Below are positions 19,906-33,023 of a DNA stretch of 45,100 bases, piece after piece (the stretch's first letter is position 1; each line of letters begins with the position of its first letter). The notes beneath the pieces were generated by a model. It searched no databases, had not been told where the DNA came from, and saw only the letters and a program-made list of their open reading frames with translations. Both the position numbers and the translations under genes were made by a program. Source of the DNA: Saprolegnia diclina VS20 (taxonomy: Eukaryota); the NCBI RefSeq assembly GCF_000281045.1, contig NW_008246081.1, positions 62,001-107,100 of the forward strand. Direction: 5' to 3'.

Positions 19906-22900
19906 ATGGGCCAAGTACACGCGACCTGCGGCGACAGCGAGAAGGCGCGCCGCCTCGACGCGCGCTGGGGCCGCGTGACGCTCGAGCAGCTAAGCGACGA
20001 GGCCTTCCTCACCAAACAGTTCCGGCGGTCGGGCTTTGCAGCGACGTACAACCAGTACCAGCGCCATCGCATGCATCTACTCGTGTCCAAGCCCGACGAC
20101 GACGCCGACGCCGAGACCCACGAAGCAGACGACCTGGCACTGGGCGACGCCGTCATGGCCGTCGTGGACCAGGACCCGACGCTCCTCGCCCACTTTAGCA
20201 TCCACCGCCTCCGAGACATCTTCGTGCGCAGCTGCGAGATTGTCGACCCGTTCCTCACCAAGCTCGAGCTGCAAAAGTTCCTTCTGCGCTCTGCCCACGA
20301 CGCGCTCTCGTCGCGCGCGGGTGCGCGTGCGGAGACCACCGAGAGCGCTACAGTTGCTCTCAGCAGCGCCAAAGGCCGGAACATGCCCCACGATGCTCTC
20401 CTCGGCGTCCACGTTTTCCTCGCACTTGTCGCCAGCCTCCATGAGCCCGACATGCGCGAGGGCCGCGCCCAGCTGCTCTTGGACATGGTCCCGCTGGTGC
20501 AAATGTTGTCGCCGCTCGCCCTCGCGCCGACACCGCCGGGGAAGGGTCGCATCCGCACCGAGTCGCCCGACGCGCTTCTCGTGATCGAGCGTCTCCAGCA
20601 TTTCCTCCTCGACATGTGTGCCGAGCCCGGCGACGTGAGCAGCGTCGCGATGCAAACGCTACTGCATCTTGCGATCGCGCGCGGCTCCGTGAGCACCTTC
20701 TTGCTCGCGATTCGCGTCTTGCTGAGCGCAACGGACGCCGCCTGCGACGCCGCTACCGACATCAAGAAGGTCGAGTTGCTACCCGATGAGAGCTTGCTCG
20801 ACGACGACCTCGGGGCTCTCGACGTGAAATCGCTCCGCAAGCTGCCGCGCGTCGGACCGCTTCTCCGCGACTCGGACGAGATCGTCATGACGGCGCAGCT
20901 CAAGAAGAAGGCCAAGAGCATTAGCCCCGTGCACCCGATCTCGGGGCCAACGTCATCTAGCCCGAGTCCGAAGAAGAACAACGTCCGCGACAAGCCGCTC
21001 AAAGCGGACACGAGCCTCGCGCCGCGGCCGAGCCGGTTTCAGTCGCTTGAGATCGAGCCGATTGTGTCGGTGCTGCGCGCGGCGACACCGCGCGAGTCAG
21101 CCGACGCTGGCGTCGCGGTTGACGACGAGGACGAGCGCGAGGTGTGGAGCTGCGGCCAAAACTCGTACGGGGAGCTCTCTCATGGCGACACCAATCCGCG
21201 ACGCGCGTTTGAGCGCATCGAGACGCTGCAAGGCAAGGGTATTGTGCAAGTCTGCGCCGGCAACGAGCACACGGTCGCCTTGAGCGGAGACGGCACCGTG
21301 TTCACGTGCGGCTACAACGACAACGGGCAGTGCGGCCAGGGCACGACGACGCGCGTCGCGTCCATGACACCGATTTCCAAGCTCGACGCGGGTTTCGAGC
21401 ACGGCGTCAGTCAGATCCACGCTTACAACGGGTGCGAGCACACGGTGATTGTCAACGGCGATGGTGCGGCTGCGGCGTTCGGGTACAACTACCGCGGCCA
21501 GCTCGGGCTTGGGTCCACGACCAGCGAGAGCGTGCCCAAGGTGCTGCGAGGGCTGGACATGACAAAGCGCGTCAAACTCGTCTCCTGCAGCTACTACCAC
21601 ACGCTCCTGAGCGTCGACGGCGATGCGGTGTACGCCTTTGGGCGCAACGACTACGGGCAGCTCGGGCACAACGACACGATGGACCGCCGGTCGCCCGCCC
21701 CTGTCGACGCACTCGCCAACGTCCCGCTGAGCTCGGTCGCGTGCGGCCAATACCACAGCACGGTCGTGACAACGTCCGGCGTCATCCTCGCGTTTGGGAA
21801 GAACGATTACGGCCAGCTCGGCGTCGACGGCATCGAGAACCAGCTCGTACCAATGGTCGTCAAGAGCGGCCTCGAGCGCTTCGTGTGCACCGAGGTTCGC
21901 TGCGGCTACTACCACACGATTGCACTCTGCGTCGGTGGCCACGTTTACGGATTTGGCCGCAACGACTATGGACAGCTCGGCATCGGCGAGGCTGCAAATG
22001 CCCAGCAGCGCATCGCGGTTCCGACGCTCGTGCCCGAGCTCGAGGGAAAAGACATTGTCCGCATCGCCTGCGGCTGCTACCACACCCTCGCGGTCGCCGA
22101 CAACGGCATGCTGTACGCCTTTGGGCGCAACAACCACGGCCAGCTCGGGACAGGGGACACGAACGAGCGGGTCGTGCCAACGCCGATCGACGCCTTTGTG
22201 GGCAAGCGCATCGCGATGGTCGCGGCCGGCTTTTACCACACGGTGGTGCTCACGGGCGGAAAGGACGTGGCCGAGCTAACGCCCGCCGAGTCGGTGCTCG
22301 AAGCAACAGACAGCAGCGCGTTTACACCCGAGGCGGTGCTGGCCGACATGGCGGCGTTCGTGGCGCCAGGAAAACCAAAGCCGCCGCCGCGCACCGCGTC
22401 GCAGCCGCTCCGCGCCCTCGTGGACCCGTCGTTTGACCTGGATCCGGAAGACGAAGAGGCCGAGGCGTCGCTCGTAGCGCCCGAGCGCCCGCCGCCGACT
22501 GCCGCGTTGGGCCACGTGCAAGCCGCCGTGTGCCTCCTCGCCCACTTGGATCGACTCTCGCGCGCGTTTGCGCCACGCCGACATGTGTACCCGTCGCTCG
22601 CGGCTCCGACACCCAAGGAAGGCGCGGCCGGGCGCTTCGAAACCTACTGCGTCGACGTCCATAGCTCGACGTTCCTCGCGGTCGCCGACATCATCACGCG
22701 CGGGTGTCTCGGGCGCGACGGCGAGGCGGCGCAGACCCAAGTGTACATTCTATTGGCGTCGCTTCGGGTGCTGCAGGCCAACGTGACGCAGCTCGTGCGC
22801 TGCGGTCTCGGGAAGCGCCTCGTCGCTACACAAGCGCTCGTCGAGAAGGAGCCCGATATGGAGAGCCTCCGGAGCGCACTGCACCGAGTGCATGCGGTGT

Positions 22901-25900
22901 TGATCTCGCTCATCGACGTGCCAAAAAGCTTGCGCGACGGCGACAACCACGCGGGCGTCGTCGACGGCAAGAACCAGCTCGTGACTGCGGCTGTCGAAAC
23001 CTTGCTCATCGGCTTTGAGCTCTTCTACCCGTGCCAGTGCACCCAGACGTCGGTGATCTTCTCGGTTCTAAAGGACACGGCACCGGTCATGGTGGCGGGC
23101 GGGTGTGCGTGTGGTGCCGGGACGCCGCCACCGATCCCGCGCAACCGAAAGGTCGTGCTCGAGCCACTTCTCCGGCGCATGGCAGATGACGCAATCCTCG
23201 CGCAGTTCATACCTCAGTCACCACAGGCGGGGACCGAGAGCTTGGAGAGTCTGGCGAGCGTTCTGGTCGAGCGAATTGGGGTGCAGACGATGGCGCTGCT
23301 TGCCAAGTCGGAGAAGGACGAGCTTCGCAGTGCCGACGCCGCCTTCCGCCCGTACGTTGTGCTGTTGAACGCGATGCAAAAGCAGCTCGCGAGCTGGGCC
23401 GGCAATGTCGAGTCGTGGACGCGGACAACTGTCGACATGCCCGTGCTCGACAGCGTGTTTCGCCTGACGCCGGACGCCGCCGGGCGTCTTCCCCGTGGCT
23501 GGCGCTGCTACATTGAGTTTATAACCACGGTTTTCGAGCACTGTACGAGTGCCATCAAGACGGTGAGTGTCCAGACTAGAGTGCGCGACGACGTCCTCGA
23601 ACTTCTTCGCGTCTCGATGGTCGGCACAGTCTTGCCGGCGCTCGCCACTACGCATTTGCTTCTCTGTGACCGCCCCCTCTTTGCCATTGCGCTACTAACC
23701 CCGCTGTTGGACCTTCTCCGCCTTATTGACGGCCTGAACGCCCGGCTCGCTGTGGTGCGCGAGGCCGAGCGTCACTACATGGAGGCGCTTTGGCTGTACC
23801 AGGCGCCGCAGCCGCCGGCGACCGCGTCGTTGGACCTCGTACACAACTTGCATTGGCTCCTCACGCTTCAGAAACTGCTTGCGCAGGTGGCGAGTACGAT
23901 GACGCACACGCTCTTGCTCGGAGAGAGCGCGCAGACGACCCCGGCAGTGGACGAGACGGCGCTCGCGTGGCTGAGCAGTCCGCTCTTTGCTCACGGGTTC
24001 GAGGCGCACGTGTTTGCTGCACTTGCCGAGCACGGGCGAGCGGTGCGCCACGCACCGCTGGCCGTTTCGAGTATGACACTGCCGCTGCCGCCACCACAAT
24101 CCTGTGATCGGCTCCGACTGCTGGTGCAGATGCAAGACGGCGAACACGAGCGCCCGAGAGCGTTCTGCGCGTGGATACGAGCCGCGTACGCCCGCGTCGA
24201 CGCCAGCTACCGCTTCCTTCTCAAGGCATCCCACGCCCTTGACGAGCGGCTCGAAAATGCCTTCTTCGCCGTCCTCATCAAGCGACACGACCTGACTGGC
24301 GACGCCGAGCTCTGGGCGGTGCGGTTTGCACCGGCAACCGCGCCCCCGCGACGACTGCTCGACCAGTGGCACTTTGTGGCCGACCTCTCACGCGGGTTTG
24401 CCCAGCTCAAGAATGCGCTGCTAAACCAACAGGCGGCATCGACGCTCGATGACGTCGCGAACCTTCGAAGTCGCTTGCTCACAGCGACGCAGTTTTTGTT
24501 TACTCTGGCGAGTGACGTCGACGACGAGGCCACCGTCGTGACCATGCCATGGGACCCACCGACGACTAATTCGACGACGTCCGAGACTGCGTTCTTGGCC
24601 CAACACCCGCGGTCACGCTGGCGTCGGGTGCGCTCGTTGCTGCACACGATCGTCCGGTGGAAGCACGTGCTTCGTCCCCGAGGCGACATCGTCGGCAAGG
24701 CTGCGATTCGGTTTTTGCTCGCGGACGTCGACCTCTGCGGCCTGCAGCGCGCTCTCTTTGACCGGTGTCGTCGCGCGGCCTACCGAGCACGAGGCTTCGA
24801 AGCCGTCGTGACGCTGCTATCGCACATCACGCTGCAAAGCAGCGTCGTCGACGTGTATGCGAGCGTCGGGCGCAGCCTCCGCGGTCCTCTTGATGGCCGC
24901 GTACTCGTCGGTCTCGACGGCGTTGGTGCGTTCTACGAGGGCCTCGTGCGAGCTGCGTTCGGACAGCTTCTCTCGCGCATCACATCGGCGCTGTCGAGCA
25001 CTTCCTTTGAAGACGAGCTCGTATTTCGAACGCCTCTGCTCCTCGCCCTTTTGCAGTGCTGGACGATCGCGATCGAGCCGACAACGTACGACCTCGTCGC
25101 GCATCTCGAGCTCGTGCCGACGCTGCACCGACTCCGGCGCGCGGCGACGGCGGCGCAAAAGCTCGCCAAGCCCGACGTACTCGGCTTTCTGCGCAGAAGC
25201 GACAGCGCGCTGTGGGCAGCGATGCGGTACGTATTCGCATCGTTTGCGGCCCGGGCGACCGACCACGGCGCGCTTCAAACACCCAAGCGTCCGCTTCTCG
25301 CACGCTGTTTTGCTGTGCTCCAAAAAGAGGCCGAGCTGAGCTTGGCCCTGATGGTCCCGGCGTTCAAGGTCGAGCACGACCTAATCGTTGTGGCCGCCGG
25401 CGACGACGACAAGGTGGTCAAACGAAGCCATGACGTGATCACGTCACCAATGTCCTTTGGCGGCCTCGACCAAGGCGTGGGATCCGACTTGACACCGCTC
25501 TTGCCCCTGGGGCACGACTGCAACGACCTTAGTGTCACGTTCTGGATCTACGTCGACGGCGCCAAAGCGAGCGCGGTCGCCAAGCAGTTTGTGTTTGCGC
25601 GCACCAGCCGACGTGACGTCGCTCCGTACTGCGTGCTGTACGAAGCCAACGACGGCGACGACGACAGCAGCGAGTACGTTGTCGAGATCGGCGTCGTCGC
25701 CGGCGACGGCCACGACCGCCTCCAAGCCATCGAGACGGCGTCGTCTAAAACGCCGCTGCTGCCCAATCAGTGGTACCACGTCGGCATCGTGCTCGAAGGC
25801 CCCAAGCTCCGGCTTTTCATCAACGGTGCGCTTGAGATTCAAAGGGTGCTCTCGGCATCGGTCTCGCTCGTCGGCGCTGGCAGCGTTTGCGTCGGCAAGG

Positions 25901-28900
25901 CGGCGTCGCCTGTCGCCGAGATGCTGAGCGTCCACACGGGGCTGCAAGGCATGTTGGCGCAGGTGCGCGTGCACAGCCGGGCGCTCTCGGGCATTCATCT
26001 GCACATATTATTTGACCAAGGCCCGCCACCGCTGTACACGGAGACGGACCACGGATGCTATCAGATCGGAGCGCTGCTTCAGCTCTTGGCGCAGAGCAGC
26101 GAAGGCGCCGTCGAGCTCCTATCGCCGCGTTGGCTGCGCGTCGTGCTTTGGATGCTGCGCGGCGGGACCTACCGCGTCCAGCAGCAGGCGCTGCGCCTCT
26201 TTGCAAAGCTCCTTCCGCGCGTGCCGCCGGCGTCGGTGCCGTTAAGCCAGTTCTTCGTTGCCGACGGCGGGTCGCTCGTCCAGTACTTTGTACGTCTCGT
26301 CGGGTTTGGCCTCTGGCGCTTTCACGCCGTGCCAGGTGCCGGCCCCAAACTCGGCGTTGACTTTCCGCTCAACCTCGCCGCGCATTCGCTGAGCTTCCTC
26401 GAGTACGCCGGTGACAACTGCTTGACGACCGAGACAGAGCGCAGCCTGCATCTGGCCATGGAAACGTGCCGCCTCCTCACGACGCTCGCCGCCGACGCAA
26501 CGTGGGCGGAGGCCGTCGCGGAGCATCTCGCAACCTCTCTGGAGGTTATGATGCGTCGCTGCCGCGAGTCGGCGGCTGCCGACGTCACGGTTGTCGGGAA
26601 AGCGCGGCTTGCGGCGGACGCCCTGGACGTTGCCGCGGGTCTCGGCGCACTCGCCGTGCTCGGTGGCGCCATTGACACGGTGCGCATCGGAGCTGTCATG
26701 GAGCTCAGCCACGGGCGAGACCTCGGCACCGTCGTCGCGTTTGACCCGTCGCAGACGTTCGCCCAGCTCGTACTGCAGAAGATCGCCACGACCACCGACC
26801 ACGTGACGACGCATGCATCCTGGAGTGCCAGTGTCCACGCGACCCCCTTGAATATGGACACATGGAAAGTTCTCCGCCTCAACGTCGACGAACTTGCCGT
26901 CTCGTCGTCCGACACGCAGCTGTCGACGCGGTTGCGTGCACTCCTGCTCCACGCGGCGTCATCCATATGCAACGACGGAGCGAGCACGCCGTTGGGGCGT
27001 CAGAGCCATGCGCGTGCGCTCAAAGCCTTGGCCGTGGCCGTGCGGTTCCAAGAGACATCAGCGGAGCTGTTGCGGGCGCACCCGTCGCTCTTCCAAAGCC
27101 TCTTGAGCCTCGCCGTTCAAAGCGACGGGTCGTTGGAGTTCATCACCCTGGCCGAGGCCGAGCTCAAAGCAGTGCTGTTGCGGCGACGGCAGTATGAGCT
27201 CTCGGCAGCAGCGGTCGAGTCCACGACCATAGCAACGACCCAACGAGCGGACACGTCCCGCGACCGGCCACCGACGGCGGTCGGAAAAGGGTCGGAAGAC
27301 GACCTTGGCGACGACGAAGCGGACGACGAAGCGGACGACGAGGACGACGAGCGCAATGGAGAGGACGACGAAGACGAGGACGAAGACGAGGACGAAGACG
27401 ACGAGGACGATGCCGACGTCCGCGCCGAGCTCGTCGAAGAGCTCTCACTCATGGGGTTCCCGGAAGATTGGTGCGTCATGGCGCTCAAGCACACGAGCAA
27501 CGACATTCTATCGGCATCCGCGTGGATCGTCGACAACCTCGACTACTTCAACTCGCTCCAGGCCGCCAAGGACAAGGAAGAGCGGGAAAAAGACGCGCGG
27601 CTGGACGTAAACGAAGAAGAGGACGATGCGCCCGACGCATTATCGTCGTCGTCGTCGAGTGCCGTCGTCTCGCCGACGCTCCTCGATGACGCGTTCGCAG
27701 ACAAGGAGACGGGCCGCAAGGTGTTTGGCGAACTCTACTTCCCGTTCGAAGAAGGTGGGTTCCTCTCCAACTGCAGCCACCTCTTTCTCGACGCCAAGCT
27801 CGGGAATGCGTCGCCGCCCCTCAACATGCTCGAGAGCCTTTCGCGCTTCCAGCAAGAGCTCCGCGCCTGGAGCGCCACCGACGTGCTAGCTGCGGCTGCG
27901 GCCGCCGAAGCGTCGCTCAGCATCCTCTACGCGCGCCAGATTGTGGCCACCGCGCTCTCCCACGTCGCCTGGCTCCCGGCGAGCGACCTTGGAATTCTGC
28001 TGCGCTTCTCCAAGACCGTGCTCTTCCGGGGGCCGCAGGTCGTCTTGCGACACGTGGACGCCGGTGTACGCTCAACGTTTGCACCCGACCGCGTCGTCGC
28101 CAGCCTCGTCACCGACGCACTGCACAAGCACCTACAGACGTTTGGCGCGCTGCTCTGCGATGCGATAGCAACCGAGCTTTTAGCTGCCTGCGATGTCCGC
28201 TTTGAAGGGTACCTCTGGACGCAGCGCGACGTGCACCTCGGCGACGCTGCTGCTCTGCTCGAGCCCAGCATTGAGTTTGCGGCGTGGCTCCTAGACCGGT
28301 TCTTTGCGCAACCAACTTGCTTTCAGGCCTATTTGGAGACGACTCCGTCGCCGACTGACACTCTGCAGGCGTTGGTGCGGCGCCTTTTGCCGTGCTTGGC
28401 GAGCTCCAACTTGGCGCTCAAGCTCGTCGTGTTTCGGTGTCTCACGCTTTTGCTTGCCCACACGTCGTTCGCAGACGCCGCAGTGAAAGCGTCGCTCTGT
28501 GCGATACCGCCACTGCACGTCGACTGTCTCCTCCTTGCCGCCCGACGCCGGCATTTGCGCGAGATTGCGCAGAACCGGCTGTACTTTTCGCCGTATTTGC
28601 AAGGGCTCTTGGAGCTGGTTCGGGTTGTGCAGCCCCTTAGTGCTGGATTGCCCTTGAGCCTGCAGCTGGTCGCTGCCACAGAGATGTCGGTGACTGTCGC
28701 GTGGCCTTCGGGGGGCGACGACAACGATGCGTTTGTCGTCGAAGCCGTCGACGCTGACGGCAACTACACTGAGTGGTACTCGGGTCGCGATCTCCAATGC
28801 ACGCGCGTCGGCTTGCGTCCGCAAACGTCGTACGACTGTCGACTGCGGCGTGGCGCGGCGTCGACAACCACGGTCGTTGCCACCAAGTCTGCGCGTGACA

Positions 28901-31709
28901 CGACCGCCGAGTCAGTGCCGTTCACGCTCGATAAGAAAAAGTGCCGGAGCAGCGCGCTCACCTTCGGAGACGACGGGCTCGGCGTCGCGTACAGCGGCAA
29001 CGAGGCGTGGCGCATGGTACTCGGCTCGGAAGGCTTCGTCGTCGGCCGGCACAAGTGGCAAATCAAAATCGACAAGTCGTCGTCTGCGTACCTCTTCCTC
29101 GGCGTCGCGTCCAAGCGCGCGAACCTCGAGTCCTTCCTCGGGGCGGACGAGCACAGCTGGGGCTTTATCGGGGACGGCGCGCTCTATTACCAGCGCAACC
29201 GCCTCAAGACGTACGGCGACACGTTCGGCGAAGGCGACGTTATCGGGCTCGACCTTGACTGCGACCTCGGGACGCTCTCGTACTCGAAGAACGGCGTCGA
29301 TCTCGGCGTCGCCTTTGACAACGTCATCGGGGAACTCTTTCCCGCGGTCGCGTTCTACTCGCGCCACCAAAAGATCTCGCTCGTCGCCAACGGGTTTGAG
29401 TGCAGCGTCGGCCTGACGCTCCACGGCTCTCCGAAGGATGCGACCATCGACGAGTACCTTGGCGTCTGTGCGGTCATGGAGTGCATGGTGCAGAGTGCTG
29501 CGTTGCAGCCACCGCTTCTGCTGCGGGCGTACGACGCCTACACTCAGTGGTGCAACGAGACACGCGCGCGGTGCATGACACGCGCCGGCTACGATCTCCT
29601 CTTTGACGTCTCGGACGCCACGTGCGCTCCGTTCGGCTTCAAAGCCCACGACCGGGTCAAGACCCCGCGCGGCAACGGCACGGTCGTTGGTGTGGCCGAC
29701 GGACGGCTTTGGATCGAAACCGAAGCCGAGGCGGGCTGCTGGTTCTACGACCCGAGCAAGGTGCGTCCGCGACAAATCAACGTCCAGTCGGCCAGTGAGC
29801 CGTCGGCAACGGCCGCCAAGGCGCAGCCCGCCATCAGCCTCGACGCGTTCGCGGCCTGCGCCGACTGCCACCACTGGAGCGTGGCCAAAGACGCAGCGCT
29901 GATCGCAACGCTCAACGGCGTCTGTGGCCTCGGCGGGCCGAGCCCGTGGAACATCTCGGTGGAGAAGGTCACGGATGTGTTCCGCAGTGAGTCTTCGTCC
30001 GAGGCGGAGCTCGGGCGCATCGTCTGCCGCGTTGCGCTGCTCAAGCTCTTCAACCACGACGTGTCTCGTACGATCGGGTTCTTTGACTTGAGCTGGCACT
30101 ACTTTGGGCCGCGCCAGAGCTTCCAGAACGCGTCGCTGCTTGCCGCCACGAAAGGCTCTCTCTTCGTCTCGCTCAAACTGGCACTGCTCGACACGCTTCT
30201 CGAGAAGACGCTGACGCACCCGAAGAAGGCCGAAGACGACTACGACTACCCCGAAGACCTCCCGCAGCTCGTGGTCAACCGCCCGAAAGCGGCTGTCGCC
30301 CACTTCAAGTCGGACCTCGAGACGCTCGTCGGCCAGAGTCTTTTCGGCCAAGCGTTTGACGAGCTCCATTTTCTGGACAACAAAGTGTTGCGCATGGTAG
30401 ACGACTCGAACATTACGCTCGGATTCTCATGCGCGAGGTTAGGTCTACTCGCATCCGATGGACGACGGCCAGCTGCGCACGTTCAAGGTCAAATTCGAAG
30501 GCGAAGGCGCCGACGACTATGGCGGACCGTACCGCGAGTTCTTTTCGCAGTTTGCCTCGGAGCTCCAGTCCATCAAACCCGGTGCGTTTTGCGTCCAAGC
30601 CATGTATCTCATCGTGCAAAGTAGACTCGGCCGACTCGACCGACGGACTCCAGTGCATCCTTCCGTTCCTGATGCCATGTCCCAACTGGCGCAACGGCGT
30701 CGGGTCGCACCGCGAGCGCTTCGTCTTGAACCCGTCCTTGCTTCGCTACGACGCCAAGTGGAACAAGGGCTCAGCGACGCACCCGGTCGACAACACGGGT
30801 CTTTTTTTGGAAATGTACCATTTTCTCGGGCAAATTCTGGGCATCATCTTGCGCACCAAAGTGCTCGTGCGCATCGACTTTGCCACGAGCATCTGGAAGC
30901 GGCTCGTGGGGTCGCCCGTCGATGCGTCCGACCTCGCTGCCGTCGACGCGTCCGCCTACGCGCTCCTCGAGCAGCTCAAATCGCTCTTGGCGCAGCATGG
31001 CACCGAGCCAGCGGTCGCCGAGGCGACGCTCGATGCACTGGACCTCAATTTTACCACGAATCTCTCAGACGGTTCGATGGTCAACCTCACGCCGGACGGC
31101 GCCGACCGACGGGTCACGTGGGCCGACCTGCCCGAGTACATGGAGAGAGTCTTGGAGACACGACTGCACGAGAGCGACCGCGCGATCGATGCGATCAAGC
31201 AAGGTTTGTGTACGATCGTGCCGGCCAACGCCGTCGCGCTCTTCTCGCACGACGAGCTCGAGGTGCGCATTTGCGGCCGAGCTGAAATCGACGTCACGCT
31301 GCTCATGGCGCACACCGAGTACGACGAAGACGTGAGCGCGGACGACGCGTTCGTGCAGCGCTTCTGGCGCGTGCTCGACGGGTTCAGCCAGGACGATCGG
31401 TGCGCGTTTCTCCGCTTCGTCTCGGCGCGGTCCCGCCTGCCCATGGACCAGCACGGGTTCACGCAAAAGTTCAAGATCCAGGCGGCGTCGGGCGAGGGCA
31501 TGACGCAGAACCCGGACGACTCGCTGCCCAAGTCGCACACGTGCTTCTTCGCGCTCCTCTTGCCCAAGTACTCGACCGACGACGTGTGCCGCAAGCAGTT
31601 TCTCTACGCGATCCACAACTGCCTCGAGATGGACGGCGACTTTCGCCTCGCCGACACGGAGATGACGGGCTGGAACGACGTGCACCCGAACGACGCGCTG
31701 CGCATTTGA
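19906..31709 (+). CDS. Giant HERC-like HECT E3 ubiquitin ligase (~3900 aa): RCC1 repeats, LamG/concanavalin-like, UBA, FN3, SPRY, HECT; 3 exons (19906-30396, 30443-30581, 30625-31709)
   Basis: RCC1 repeats (GRNDYGQLG, ACGxYHT; ~21140-22260); QWYHVGIVL..LRLFING; LSLMGFPEDWCVMAL; SPRY FGEGDVIGLDLD..LFPAVAF; HECT VKFEGEGADDYGGPYRE ... catalytic PKSHTCFF. Introns 30397-30442 and 30582-30624 restore the frame. Confidence 0.93.
27298..27416 (+). repeat. Acidic low-complexity coding repeat (GAC/GAA/GAG; DDEADDEADDED..EDEDEDED)
   Basis: gacgacgaagcg x2 and gacgaagacgag x2-3, immediately before the UBA domain. Confidence 0.7.
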
Positions 31710-32184
31710 ACCAGAATATATAGTAGAGTAGGAGTAGGTGTATAGGGTCCATATAACACGGCGACAAAGCCCGTGCTTGCTTCAGTCCGAGCAACTCGGA
31801 GAGATGTGTCTCCAACTAGTCGTCGCCCTGACTCCAGCATTTGAACCCAAAAATCATGGTGGGCCGGTGTGGAGCCCAAGCTGTCGCAGCGCAGAAGCCT
31901 CGTTACGAGGAGTACACCTCACAGATCGCTGTGTGCAGAATGCGTTATCTGTACTGTCACCGACTGCTGGATATGACCATGAACGTTCTAGAGTTTGTGC
32001 GTCTTAGCGCTACAGGTCTGTATGAGACAGCAAGTGGATGTGGGCAGCAACACCCAGCTCCGTCCGTCGTATGGACCGCACTCCTGTCCACTTCAACAAT
32101 GGACTGCAACCCCACTCGCGCGTGTCGCAGTCACAGATCGCGTCCGTGTGTCAGTCATTCCCTCGTCATTACCCAACGTGCGCG

Positions 32185-32865
32185 ATGACACCAACAGCAA
32201 CGCGTCTGTGGTGCGAGGCGCAGAGTGCTATGGCCGTGCTGACCCAGCCGCATCTTGCGCGGTGCATCTTTGCGTACCAGTCAAGCGCTCTCTCGATGGC
32301 GCTCGCCCTGACCTTTCGGCGACTCAAAGCAGCGCTGGCGCGGAATCCAGCCCTTGTCGTTGCCGACGGTGCGCCATTCAGAGGCTACGTCTTGTGCAAA
32401 CTCGTCGAAGCACGGCAGACGGCGCTGGCCCTCGAGCTCTTGCGCTGCTTTTCAGCGCCGTACGCACTTCGCCTGGCGGCCATCGATGACGCCAGCGTCT
32501 ACGCCATTGACAACGCTGTGCGCACACAGAACGTCGAGCTGCTCCGGCGGCTCCTCGAACGTGGTTTTGGCAAATCGTCCACGGCCGCCATGGACACGGC
32601 GGCCGCCAACGGCAGCGTGATCATGCTGAAGCTGTTACACGAGTACCGCTCGGACGGCTGCACCAAGGTCGCGTTTCAAGCCGCTTCGGAGCATCGACAT
32701 ACCCACGCTCTAGCGTTCCTTCGCCGCTACCGACCACTGGATGTGAACGTACAGCCTCCGCGGAGAGTTACCGGTGGGTTTCTCCCGCCCGAGCTCGCCA
32801 GAGCCGTGGGGTCGGGCAGCATGATGCCTCAACCGTCCGACACGATGCAATGTGTCGTTCAGTAG
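32185..32865 (+). CDS. Oomycete-type ankyrin-like repeat protein with C-terminal CaaX motif
   Basis: VLTQPHLARCIFAYQ N-terminal motif; repeats STAAMDTAAANG and LLHEYRSDGCT; ends CVVQ*. Confidence 0.75.
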   Translation: MTPTATRLWCEAQSAMAVLTQPHLARCIFAYQSSALSMALALTFRRLKAALARNPALVVADGAPFRGYVLCKLVEARQTALALELLRCFSAPYALRLAAIDDASVYAIDNAVRTQNVELLRRLLERGFGKSSTAAMDTAAANGSVIMLKLLHEYRSDGCTKVAFQAASEHRHTHALAFLRRYRPLDVNVQPPRRVTGGFLPPELARAVGSGSMMPQPSDTMQCVVQ

Positions 32866-33023
32866 CAAGCCCTCGCATTCGATTCCCTTTTTGCGCCTTT
32901 CCAAGAATAAGAAACTACAATCTCATTGCTCCAGAACGTGTCTCAGGCGGTTTTCAGAGTGAAGGTCAAACGATCTTTGACAGGAATGTTTGTGTGACAT
33001 GGATGCCAGCGCTGACGTGGAGA

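Noticed and set aside
30397..30624. Apparent frameshifts near the HECT domain (also in SARDH, QPRT, cathepsin)
   Set aside because: Fully explained by short GT-AG introns; not pseudogenes or programmed frameshifts.
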